A DNA stretch of 30,195 bases from the IMG/VR virus record IMGVR_UViG_3300020042_006291, positions 1 to 30,195 of that record; one strand, 5' to 3'. Each line of letters starts with the position of its first letter. The stretch's first letter is position 1. The translations under genes and the position numbers were made by a program. Source of the DNA: a virus (taxonomy: Duplodnaviria > Caudoviricetes). Below the pieces are notes generated by a model that had not been told where the DNA came from, did no database searches, and saw only the letters and a list, made by a program, of their open reading frames with translations. Below, piece by piece: positions 9,880 through 18,103 of the stretch.

Positions 9880-10413
9880 TTATTTTATAAGTTCGTAATC
9901 TTTATTTATATAATCTTCGTAATTCTCTTGTATGTTTTCTTTGATTCGTGTTTTGCAATATTTTAATGTGTGAAAAATACTCGTAACGCTTATATTAGTT
10001 TCTTTGCTTATTTGTCTCATCGACATATCAGAATCTTTATATAAGTTGAATAATTTCTGATCGTACCAATGCCATTCATCAACTACGTTTTCAATTTGGT
10101 TTAATAGGTAATTATATGATTCGTTTTTTTGCACTTCTGGCGCTTCGTCCTGTAACATCGCGATTGAATCTAAATTTACCTTCTGCATTTTGTTTGCTTT
10201 ATTAACGTGTTGTAAAAAAGTATTCTTTAACGCAAGCCAAACATATCCTTTGTTTAAATTTCCGTTCGTGTAAAGTTTTTCTTCACTGCCCCATTTCAAA
10301 AGCATTAAATAAGTTTCTTGGACAATATCTTCAGCAAAGAAATATTCCCCAAACGAATTAACTATCTTAACCCATTCTTTATGATTGCTTACAATTTTGT
10401 TTATCCATTCCAC
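9880..10413 (-). CDS. Phage sigma-70/ECF-like RNA polymerase sigma factor
   Basis: Region 2 AEDIVQETYL; region 4 HTH MSMRQISKETNISVTSIFHTL; 177 aa. Confidence 0.8.
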   Translation of the reverse strand: MEWINKIVSNHKEWVKIVNSFGEYFFAEDIVQETYLMLLKWGSEEKLYTNGNLNKGYVWLALKNTFLQHVNKANKMQKVNLDSIAMLQDEAPEVQKNESYNYLLNQIENVVDEWHWYDQKLFNLYKDSDMSMRQISKETNISVTSIFHTLKYCKTRIKENIQENYEDYINKDYELIK

Positions 10414-10478
10414 GTTGTAAATATATAATTAATTTTTAATCAAATAATCGATTAATTTTTAAACAATTTATAGTTAAT

Positions 10479-10502
10479 AAAAAACCCCTAATTAAAGGGG
10501 CT
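10479..10502 (-). terminator. Intrinsic terminator ending the recombination operon
   Basis: Minus strand GCCCCT-TTAATT-AGGGG followed by TTTTTT. Confidence 0.7.
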
Positions 10503-10508
10503 GTAAAC

Positions 10509-10712
10509 TTATTGCAAATTAATTCTGTAAATGTATTTATCTATCTTTTTTGCTGTTTCTAAGCTCACATCTTTACCAGTTAAAAACCTATCGATGTTAT
10601 ATTGGTGAAACTTTTCTCCTCTACCTTGTATTTCTTTTACAATTTGGTTTCTGGTTCGTGTTTTTAAAGCCTCTCTTAAATAGTTTCTAAGGCTATGATC
10701 ATCTATTAGCAT
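10509..10712 (-). CDS. Small HTH (Cro/C1-like) DNA-binding protein
   Basis: 67 aa; HQYNIDRFLTGKDVSLETAKKI resembles XRE helices 3-4. Confidence 0.5.
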   Translation of the reverse strand: MLIDDHSLRNYLREALKTRTRNQIVKEIQGRGEKFHQYNIDRFLTGKDVSLETAKKIDKYIYRINLQ

Positions 10713-10930
10713 AGGTCAAGATTTATTTCGTTATCGGCTAAGATTTCAAAGAACTTTTCCCTTACTCGCTCAATCATTTTAAACTCATTATCCTTTAAGT
10801 CCTCGTATTTCCAAATGGCTCTAAGCTCTGCCTTAATTTCATTTAATGCATGAAACATTTTTAAAGACTTCGAGGCACAATCAAACTCAAATTGGTCCTC
10901 AGGTAGGTTGTATTCTATAGTTGCTTTCAT
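10706..10930 (-). CDS. Hypothetical protein (MKATIEYNLPEDQFEF...)
   Basis: Likely start at 10930, immediately after the SSB stop. Confidence 0.6.
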   Translation of the reverse strand: MKATIEYNLPEDQFEFDCASKSLKMFHALNEIKAELRAIWKYEDLKDNEFKMIERVREKFFEILADNEINLDLC

Positions 10931-10931
10931 A

Positions 10932-11270
10932 TTAGAATGGTAAATCATCATCGCTGTCATCAACGATTATTTGTTCCTCTTTTAAACGGACTTCGCCTTC
11001 AGCAGCATTGATTTGCCACCCTTCGATAGTATTGAAATACTTGATTTCTCCATTTGGTGATTTCCATTCACGGCCTCTTAAGTTAATGCTTACCTCGACA
11101 TGTTCGCCTATGTTTTTTTGAGTTAATAATTCGCTTTTGTCTTGCGTAAATTGAATGCTAATATACTGAGGATACTTTTCGTCAGTTAGTATTACAACAT
11201 CCTTTGATTTAAATTTGTCACTTACTTGCTTTACTTGTCCAACAAAGTGGATCTTACCTGTTATTTTCAT
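10932..11270 (-). CDS. Single-stranded DNA-binding protein, DUF3127 type
   Basis: YPQYISIQF, VSINLRGREW, YFNTIEGW; acidic tail ending DDDLPF. Confidence 0.85.
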   Translation of the reverse strand: MKITGKIHFVGQVKQVSDKFKSKDVVILTDEKYPQYISIQFTQDKSELLTQKNIGEHVEVSINLRGREWKSPNGEIKYFNTIEGWQINAAEGEVRLKEEQIIVDDSDDDLPF

Positions 11271-11272
11271 TG

Positions 11273-11365
11273 TTATTTGTTTTTAATTGTTAATAAATAA
11301 GCTATTGTACACCACCATCCCCATACAATTGCCGGGGCTAGTAAAATTGATATTAAAATTATCAT
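11273..11365 (-). CDS. 30-aa hydrophobic membrane peptide
   Basis: MIILISILLAPAIVWGWWCTIAYLLTIKNK; ATG overlaps the exonuclease stop. Confidence 0.45.
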   Translation of the reverse strand: MIILISILLAPAIVWGWWCTIAYLLTIKNK

Positions 11366-12033
11366 AGTTTTTGTATTAAGTTATCGTAATATTCTCTACA
11401 TTCTTCGATTCGTGTTTTGATTGATTCTATCACCTCATCATCTTTTGTTATTTTAAACGTCTTTAATCGCTTTTCTTTTGGTATATGGCCAAATATATGC
11501 TTAGCCTGTACAAAAGCTCTTATATCTAAGCTTTCTTCAATCAAACATGCTTTCCAGTGTTCGCGTCTTATTTCGTCTTCAACTATTTGTAATGGAGTGT
11601 CAACTAAACAATAGCAAAGTAAAGATTCTTCTTTGCCGGTTAGCCACATATATCCGTGCATTTGATAAAAATACGATTTATTTATTAGTTCCGTATCAAA
11701 AAATGGGAATGTTGTGGCATCCCAACTAGATTTTACATCTAGTAAAATTTCGTTCGTGTTTACGTCAGGCGTTCCAGAAATCCATTCGTTGCTAAAATGT
11801 TCTTCGTTTTTATAAATGAATCCTAAATTCAAAACGTCGTTACAAAGTGCAATTGATAATTCTTCTACTTCGTTCCCTTTGTCCGTGTAACGTGAACTAA
11901 ATTCTTTGCGTATTCCGTAAATTTCTTCAATAGCTAATTCTTGCAAGTATGTCTTAGTTGTTTGGCTTAATGTTTCCCCCTTTGTTTTTGGATTGGTCAT
12001 TATTTTACCAATTGCGCTGCATCTTATTTTCAT
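11362..12033 (-). CDS. YqaJ/lambda-exonuclease-like recombination nuclease
   Basis: GNEVE...GTPD...LLDVKSS...YFYQMHGYM; adjacent to ERF. Confidence 0.85.
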   Translation of the reverse strand: MKIRCSAIGKIMTNPKTKGETLSQTTKTYLQELAIEEIYGIRKEFSSRYTDKGNEVEELSIALCNDVLNLGFIYKNEEHFSNEWISGTPDVNTNEILLDVKSSWDATTFPFFDTELINKSYFYQMHGYMWLTGKEESLLCYCLVDTPLQIVEDEIRREHWKACLIEESLDIRAFVQAKHIFGHIPKEKRLKTFKITKDDEVIESIKTRIEECREYYDNLIQKL

Positions 12034-12557
12034 AATTCAAAAGTTTTTAATTGTTCAGGCGTTAATTCAAAAGTTTTTGTAAGTTCTTCCATTGTGTAGC
12101 CGCCATCGCTTATTGCCTTTAATGCCTTAATTAGTCGTTTATCGTCAATAGCAACTTTTTTAGTTTCGTTTTTTGTTTCGGTTTTTACTTGCTCACCACC
12201 TGCATCTGTATCTTTGTCAGTAACTAATCCTAAAGCACTTGATAACGCGTAACGTCTTAAGTAAGTAATAGCGCTGCCAAGAACCTGAAAATCATTCATG
12301 CCTTTTAATGCCACGCCTTGTGGTATATTCGTTTTGCTTTCGATTGTTTCACCACTTTCAATATGAAATATGATTGTAATTAAATCAGTAGCATGAATAA
12401 GTTGAGTGAATCCTAATCCGTGCTTTTTTAGCAATGGATTAATTACTTCAAAGATCTTTGGTAGATCAGCATATGTGTAACCATATCCTTGTGTCGCTTT
12501 GTGAATTGTTGGAACCTCTTGTTGAAACTCCGCTAGGCTTTTAAATAAATTTTTCAT
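12030..12557 (-). CDS. erf: ERF-family single-strand annealing protein
   Basis: YTYADL, HIESGE, GSAITYLRRYALSSALGL, DTDA. Confidence 0.9.
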   Translation of the reverse strand: MKNLFKSLAEFQQEVPTIHKATQGYGYTYADLPKIFEVINPLLKKHGLGFTQLIHATDLITIIFHIESGETIESKTNIPQGVALKGMNDFQVLGSAITYLRRYALSSALGLVTDKDTDAGGEQVKTETKNETKKVAIDDKRLIKALKAISDGGYTMEELTKTFELTPEQLKTFEL

Positions 12558-12603
12558 TGGTTAGTTTTTTAAATGGTTAGTAATTAATTATACGCAAATG
12601 TAA
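12557..12603 (-). promoter_or_regulatory. Early promoter/leader, copy 1 (TACATTTG -7 box at 12595-12602)
   Basis: Matches the Bacteroidota primary-sigma TAnnTTTG box; near-identical to 20621-20665. No clear -33 TTG. Confidence 0.7.
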
Positions 12604-12624
12604 TACGTTACTTTAACATGGCTA

Positions 12625-13140
12625 CTATTTTTTTAATTTATTTTTATATTTTTTTATTATTTCTTTTAATTCTTCTCTTGAGTATTTTTTTTCTTCATGT
12701 GCTTTGCCTTGTAATTCAATCAATTTCTCAACTCCAATTCGTTTTTGTATGCCTATTTGATAGTTTAAAAGATTGCCATGCAAATATTGATTACAATAAA
12801 CACATTGACCATGTACGTTATCCTCATCGTATGTAATAGCTTTATGTCCTCCCATTGAGTAATAATGCCCGGCATCAAATTTTTGATCTAGAGCAGATCC
12901 ACAAGAGATACAACCTTTATTCCTATCTCTATTTCTTATAAAAGAATTAAAATAAACTTGAGCTAGTTTATGCAGCTCTTGAACTGTTTGAAACTTCTCT
13001 TTGATTTCTTTCTTTTTATCCACCCATTTCTTATCATGTTCAATTTTTAACCATATTTGAACACATTCTTTTTCAAGGCAATATTTTTGATTAAAATTTA
13101 TCGGCGTAAAACCTTCCTTACAATTCTTACATTTCTTCAT
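12625..13140 (-). CDS. ninG: NinG/Rap-family recombination endonuclease
   Basis: IRNRD..GCISCG, FDAGHY, NVHGQCVYCN. Confidence 0.9.
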   Translation of the reverse strand: MKKCKNCKEGFTPINFNQKYCLEKECVQIWLKIEHDKKWVDKKKEIKEKFQTVQELHKLAQVYFNSFIRNRDRNKGCISCGSALDQKFDAGHYYSMGGHKAITYDEDNVHGQCVYCNQYLHGNLLNYQIGIQKRIGVEKLIELQGKAHEEKKYSREELKEIIKKYKNKLKK

Positions 13141-13141
13141 A

Positions 13142-13426
13142 CTAAAAATTATTTACTTTTAATTGATTCTCTAATTGTCTTATCTCACATTTTAAATCTA
13201 AATTTAATCTCTCTAGCCTGTAAGATTCCTGAATATATCCTCGAGATTGTTTCTCTAAAATTATAAATGTATTTAATACCTCAGATAATTCAGATTCAGT
13301 TTCTAGCATTGAATTAATTAAATCCTTTCTATGTTCGTTTTTAGCTTCAATTTCCTCACGGCTTGCTTTTAGCTTAAGCAATGTCTTATGTAAGATTACT
13401 CTGGCTTTTAAAATTTGTAGTTCCAT
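13142..13426 (-). CDS. Hypothetical coiled-coil protein
   Basis: 94 aa, heptad-rich, tightly packed between neighbours. Confidence 0.6.
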   Translation of the reverse strand: MELQILKARVILHKTLLKLKASREEIEAKNEHRKDLINSMLETESELSEVLNTFIILEKQSRGYIQESYRLERLNLDLKCEIRQLENQLKVNNF

Positions 13427-14350
13427 TTATCGATTTGTTATTTGTTTACTAGCATATGCTTTCTCATATACATTTGGTGCAGGACTTGATTGCTCAAAAT
13501 AGCTTAGCCTCTCTTTGTCAAACCATATCTCTATCATACCAATATTTCCATTTGATCTTGGCTTAATTTTATTAAAATGTATTTCAGCTAAATTAAAAGT
13601 CGGATCCTGTCTATGCACTGTGATCATACATTTGCCTGAATTAAACCATTCGCTGCCACCTTTTAAATCATATGGCACAGGTGGATTTCTTTTGCCATTT
13701 TCTTTTTCAGTTAATTTAGGGTGTATAATCGTATGCAAATGTAAATCATTATCCTCAGCTATTTGATTTCTATATGGCAAAACGTATTCGAGGTATTGAG
13801 CATAGCCACCGTAATCATTGTATGGATGGTTTAAATCTTTCCAACTATCTATTGATGCAGTATGTAGCTCTTCAGTTTTTTTAATCTCAACAGCCATATC
13901 CCAAAATTGAATTGGAGTTAATTTAGCCTTTACATCCTTTTTAGTTAATACTTTAAAGTGATTTAATACCCAATCAATGGCCTGAATAATTTCTCGATCT
14001 TCGATTACATTTCTATCTAATGGATTAAAGCTCTTACCAGTTTTCTTATTGATTAAATCAGCTATAATCTCAACGTTAGAACCAACATCAGGGAAATAAA
14101 CTAAATGCTTCCATCCATAAAACTTTGATGTGTTCATTAAGCATTCCATTAAAACCTGAGTTTTGCCACTCATTGGGAAACCTGTCCAATCGGTGCAGTT
14201 ACCTAAGCTCATTGAATAATGTTCGTGTAACTTTGCAAAGCCTAGATACTTTCCTTTTTGATGGTATGTGTCTCGATATTTAAAGAGGTCAGTAATTACA
14301 TCATTAACTTCTGTTATTTTAAATCCATTTAACTCCATGGCGCTTTCCAT
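13427..14350 (-). CDS. SF4/DnaB-like replicative helicase
   Basis: Walker A TGFPMSGKT, IDSW, IIHPK, YDLKGGSEW; follows the initiator. The start may be 14338. Confidence 0.75.
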   Translation of the reverse strand: MESAMELNGFKITEVNDVITDLFKYRDTYHQKGKYLGFAKLHEHYSMSLGNCTDWTGFPMSGKTQVLMECLMNTSKFYGWKHLVYFPDVGSNVEIIADLINKKTGKSFNPLDRNVIEDREIIQAIDWVLNHFKVLTKKDVKAKLTPIQFWDMAVEIKKTEELHTASIDSWKDLNHPYNDYGGYAQYLEYVLPYRNQIAEDNDLHLHTIIHPKLTEKENGKRNPPVPYDLKGGSEWFNSGKCMITVHRQDPTFNLAEIHFNKIKPRSNGNIGMIEIWFDKERLSYFEQSSPAPNVYEKAYASKQITNR

Positions 14351-14943
14351 TTTGCTGGTTCATTTACTTCTTGTATTTGTACAGGTTTTTCCCATGTTCT
14401 TACACAAGCCTTCCAATCAATCATTTTATTCTTACCGACCATCCAACCTTTTGCTGAATAAAAATTTAAGAATTTATTTACATCAACGCCGTTTTTTCGT
14501 TGTGAACAGTATTCAAGTATTTCATTATAAGTAGGTTCAATAAATACACTTCTTTTATTCTTTTCTTTATTATCCTTCTTGTTACTGGTCTCTTCCTGGT
14601 CTATTCCTGGTCTTTCCACGGTCATTTCATTGGCAGTTAGTTGATACTTTGTGTAGTTAACTACCTCGATTATAGTACCTTGCACGCTAGTTTTAATGGT
14701 CAATTCATTGGTCATTTTTAGCTTGTTTAATGCGGTCCTAATTTGCCTAACAGTTAAGCCAGTTTCTATGGCTAAAATATCTCTTGACGTTATTATTGTA
14801 CCAACTTTTAAATCAATTCCTCTATATTTTTTCTCTTTATGATTTGCCTTAAGAATTATATATAAAAAAAGTCTAAAAGTATTTGTATCAGAGAACCATT
14901 CCCATTCTAAAATCTGCCGATGTAACTTTATCCAGCCACTCAT
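14329..14943 (-). CDS. Phage replication initiator protein
   Basis: GWIKLHRQILEW N-terminus, wHTH (RQIRTALNKL), C-terminal FYSAKGW..GKNKMIDWKACVRTWE. Confidence 0.85.
   Translation of the reverse strand: MSGWIKLHRQILEWEWFSDTNTFRLFLYIILKANHKEKKYRGIDLKVGTIITSRDILAIETGLTVRQIRTALNKLKMTNELTIKTSVQGTIIEVVNYTKYQLTANEMTVERPGIDQEETSNKKDNKEKNKRSVFIEPTYNEILEYCSQRKNGVDVNKFLNFYSAKGWMVGKNKMIDWKACVRTWEKPVQIQEVNEPAKWKAPWS
14585..14628. repeat. Four 11-bp iteron-like repeats (putative origin)
   Basis: ctggtctcttc/ctggtctattc/ctggtctttcc/acggtcatttc; GGTC at 14587, 14598, 14609, 14620; AT-rich tract at ~14545-14580. Confidence 0.6.
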
Positions 14944-15359
14944 ATATCTAATTTTTGCTGAAGCAAATCATTAGCCCAAATAAAACAAGTATTTTGATCC
15001 TTAAACGATACGCTTACTTTATCAAGTATTTCTGCTTTCGTGTAAATAGACTCGATGTAAGCATACTTATCTTTTATTTGTATAAATACATAATAGTCGC
15101 TGTTTAAATGATCTCTAATGTCATCTAAAGTACAATTGAAAGTGTAAGAACGATGTTTAGTTGCTTTGATTTGATATGTGAAACCTTTCTCATCGGCAAA
15201 ATCAATTTGTTGGTATTCACGATCAGCTAATTGTTTAAATATTTTTTCGCCTTGAAAGTTAAGAGTAAACCAAAGCTCAAATATTTTTTCTCCAATTAAA
15301 CCTGTTGAGTTATATTCTAACTCGGTTGGTATTTTTATTCTTGATTTGTAAGTTCTCAT
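14940..15359 (-). CDS. PD-(D/E)xK-fold nuclease-like protein
   Basis: GLIGEKIF...IDF...YQIKAT gives an E-D-QxK pattern. Confidence 0.5.
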   Translation of the reverse strand: MRTYKSRIKIPTELEYNSTGLIGEKIFELWFTLNFQGEKIFKQLADREYQQIDFADEKGFTYQIKATKHRSYTFNCTLDDIRDHLNSDYYVFIQIKDKYAYIESIYTKAEILDKVSVSFKDQNTCFIWANDLLQQKLDI

Positions 15360-15700
15360 TTCGTTTCTTTTATAAATGTGCCATTAATCATTTTACCATT
15401 TCTATTTGCTATAACCATAAAAGCTGAATTAATACAATCTTCAATTGTCATCTTTTCAACATCGCCATAATCTTCGCCTTCTTTGTACAGAGGCAACAAC
15501 TCGGTTAGATTTGTTAATACTACTACTATGTCGCCAATAGCGTCAATCATTTCTTCTTTGTCATTATTTAGAATAGCTTTAGAAAGTTCTCCTACTTCTT
15601 CAAATAATTTAATGCATTGAGTTTTACCATCACCTTTGTCGTAGATTCCTCTTTCAGATGCCCAAGTTCTTATTGTTTCAAATTCGTTTTTTAGTTTCAT
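15356..15700 (-). CDS. mazG: MazG-like nucleotide pyrophosphohydrolase
   Basis: KLFEEVGEL...IDAIGDIVVVL. Confidence 0.9.
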   Translation of the reverse strand: MKLKNEFETIRTWASERGIYDKGDGKTQCIKLFEEVGELSKAILNNDKEEMIDAIGDIVVVLTNLTELLPLYKEGEDYGDVEKMTIEDCINSAFMVIANRNGKMINGTFIKETK

Positions 15701-15727
15701 AATGTTTTTTTTTAGTTTGTTAAGTTG

Positions 15728-16360
15728 TTATTGTTTATTTAGAAAATTATTGTAAATGTGTATGTTGCTTGCAAAATGGTAGTACCATCCTGTTTTAATA
15801 TTTAATTCTTGTGCCATCATTTTTTGAAGTTCACTAAAGCAATATTGATCATTACAAAAGCCGAACCATAAATCGTTAGACCTCATGTTAACGGTCATGC
15901 AAAGTAAATCATTTATAATTTGAAAATGAATGGACAATGTGCAAGGAGTATCTTTGTAATAAGTATCTATTTCTTTGCCATCATATATTGAAATCACAGC
16001 TTGTCTAGTATCTTTATATTCAGATAGTTTATGTATAACATTTTTTAATTGATCTTTTCGCAACCATTGCCAACCATAGTTTGATCTAACGTGGTTTTTT
16101 TCGTCCATATGACTTAACCATATAGGAGCTCTTTTAGATATTTCAGATGCGTCAGGATTTCCAGATAGATACCATTGCCACTCGTATTCAGCATAGTCAT
16201 GATTCCATTTTCTAAATTCTGTTTTAATTACATTATCTTGAGGATTCATTATGTAAAAGCCAACGTTAAATTGTGCCTTAGTATCTGCAAAATTAGTCCC
16301 TTCGTCACTAATGCTAGTGTACAAATCTTCAAATGCATGTTGTGCGTTATAATATTTCAT
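15728..16360 (-). CDS. Thymidylate-synthase-family enzyme, predicted dCMP (hydroxy)methylase
   Basis: EWQWY, TRQAVI, catalytic PCT, RSNDLWFGFCND (Asp at the specificity site), HIY. Confidence 0.8.
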   Translation of the reverse strand: MKYYNAQHAFEDLYTSISDEGTNFADTKAQFNVGFYIMNPQDNVIKTEFRKWNHDYAEYEWQWYLSGNPDASEISKRAPIWLSHMDEKNHVRSNYGWQWLRKDQLKNVIHKLSEYKDTRQAVISIYDGKEIDTYYKDTPCTLSIHFQIINDLLCMTVNMRSNDLWFGFCNDQYCFSELQKMMAQELNIKTGWYYHFASNIHIYNNFLNKQ

Positions 16361-16361
16361 A

Positions 16362-17198
16362 TTACCAGTTTCTAAATGAATTAATTGTTTTTTTATCTAA
16401 GTTAGATTTTAAATTACCAGCTACATTCCAGAACAAATCTCCTGGTTGTAAATATTCCCATACTTTTGCATCATAATTAGACGCACTAGGAAACGGAGGC
16501 TTTATTTTACTGTCAGAACTAAAATTTTGGTAGTGACCTACTACGTTAGCTGTTCCCTTTTCTCCATGATGTATATTTCTAGACACAGCTAAACCATTTG
16601 CTATAGCATTTGGCCAAGCAATTTGTAACGCTCTATTTAAAACACCTGTTGAAAAGGCAGTCCAAAAGCTTTTAGGCTCTTCTATTTTCATTGCAGTCTT
16701 TATGATCATGGCAGTAACTAAAGGATGCTTTAAACCTAAAGGAATAAAAAACGCTCCAATTTGTTTAGCATAATTCTTAGCTATGATGTTTAAGTTAGGC
16801 ATGGCAGCTATTCTATGAAAGTGATATTCACATCCGTTTTCAATACAATAAGCCTGGTGCTCTGATATTTCTTTTGAGCTTGGCATAAATAATACAAGCT
16901 TTTTATTGTACTTTTTACACAATTGAGTCAATGAAATTCCTGCGTAGCCAAATCTTGGTTGAACATAGACAATTATATCTGATTTACAATTTGCAATTAA
17001 TGCTTCTCCAGCTCTTGCTTTCGATCCTACTTCTAACAAATCTTCTCTGACCACTTTTATGCCATCATAATCTTCAATTATAGGATCATTAAAACTACTA
17101 TTGAAATCTTCAACCATTTCTAAATATTCATCTCTAGTGTATACCAAATCCATGTTGTAATTAGAATTGGTTACGGTAAACTTTTCTACTTTATTCAT
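16362..17198 (-). CDS. PLP-dependent enzyme, fold type II
   Basis: VVREDLL..GSKAR (Schiff-base Lys), STGVL phosphate loop, PFPS..NYDAK, LFWNVA. Confidence 0.8.
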   Translation of the reverse strand: MNKVEKFTVTNSNYNMDLVYTRDEYLEMVEDFNSSFNDPIIEDYDGIKVVREDLLEVGSKARAGEALIANCKSDIIVYVQPRFGYAGISLTQLCKKYNKKLVLFMPSSKEISEHQAYCIENGCEYHFHRIAAMPNLNIIAKNYAKQIGAFFIPLGLKHPLVTAMIIKTAMKIEEPKSFWTAFSTGVLNRALQIAWPNAIANGLAVSRNIHHGEKGTANVVGHYQNFSSDSKIKPPFPSASNYDAKVWEYLQPGDLFWNVAGNLKSNLDKKTINSFRNW

Positions 17199-18102
17199 GG
17201 CTTATATTGTTTTTATAAATTATATTGTTGTTTGCTTTTATATGTCCTTCGGATTGAAAGTTCTCAACGTATCTAATAAAGTCACATGCGACATCTTCCA
17301 TGTCGTAAGGTTTACTAAAATTGCCTGTAAGATTACAAAGATGTCTTAACGCTTTATCAGTATTCATTTTTGGCAAGATCATGTTAAGGCATTTTTTTGC
17401 ATTGCTTCCTACATATACATCTGATTCTTGATCAACTAAATTAGGAAAATATTCTGCCATGTCCATAGCAAATGCTGTTAGCACAAAGTTTTGTCGATTA
17501 TAACCTTTTTTTAATAGCCATTCATTTCCTTTGTCAACGATTTCTTTTATTCCAGTTTTATCAGATGTGTTTATTATATCTGTAAGATAGTTAACCAAAT
17601 CCATTGATTCATTAATTATATAATTCCTAAGGCCTCCTTTGATCATTGGTAATAAATATCCTTTTACATCGCAAAATCTATTCTCAGGTATTGCTTTAAG
17701 CCAATCTTCATGCAAACAAGAGCCATTCCGCAATTGTTCTACGATCCAAAAATTTCCAAAGCCATGTGTTCCAAAAGGTTTTTGATCTTTAACTTTAGGG
17801 ATGTAATTAATACCAGAACCACAAAGTCTAAAAAGATAACACATTTTAATAAAATTATCAGAGTTTAATTTATCACCTAAGCTATCAAAATAAATACCAT
17901 TTTTCTTTGGATCTTTATCTTTATATTTAATTGCTTCTGGCAAAGAACTAAAGGCTGCATACCGTCTATTAACGACATCATAGATTGGGATGTTCCATAC
18001 TAGATCATCATTAATATCTTCTTTTGTCCAATTTTTACCTTGGAATTTTAACTCTTGCATTTTTTTTGCTTTAGAGTAGTAATCAGTGAATTGATTTAAC
18101 AT
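17191..18102 (-). CDS. Divergent aGPT-Pplase1/5hmdU-DNA-kinase-like helical (HhH-fold) protein
   Basis: Motif order DDLV..IYDVVNRR, LFR, F...AMD.AEY, VGSNAKKCL, DMEDVACDFIRY follows the family pattern as I recall it (D.IL..F.NV.R; LFR; F...D; GPGA..GL; D.E..LCE..KY). Confidence 0.55.
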   Translation of the reverse strand: MLNQFTDYYSKAKKMQELKFQGKNWTKEDINDDLVWNIPIYDVVNRRYAAFSSLPEAIKYKDKDPKKNGIYFDSLGDKLNSDNFIKMCYLFRLCGSGINYIPKVKDQKPFGTHGFGNFWIVEQLRNGSCLHEDWLKAIPENRFCDVKGYLLPMIKGGLRNYIINESMDLVNYLTDIINTSDKTGIKEIVDKGNEWLLKKGYNRQNFVLTAFAMDMAEYFPNLVDQESDVYVGSNAKKCLNMILPKMNTDKALRHLCNLTGNFSKPYDMEDVACDFIRYVENFQSEGHIKANNNIIYKNNISHE

Positions 18103-18103
18103 T

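Noticed and set aside
10418-10449. Promoter-like TATATTTA/TAATTATA upstream of the sigma gene
   Set aside because: One mismatch to the host box and no AACAA at the late spacing; a promoter is likely here but cannot be assigned.
15728-16360. Calling the TS homologue thyA or a dUMP hydroxymethylase
   Set aside because: The specificity residue is Asp, not Asn.
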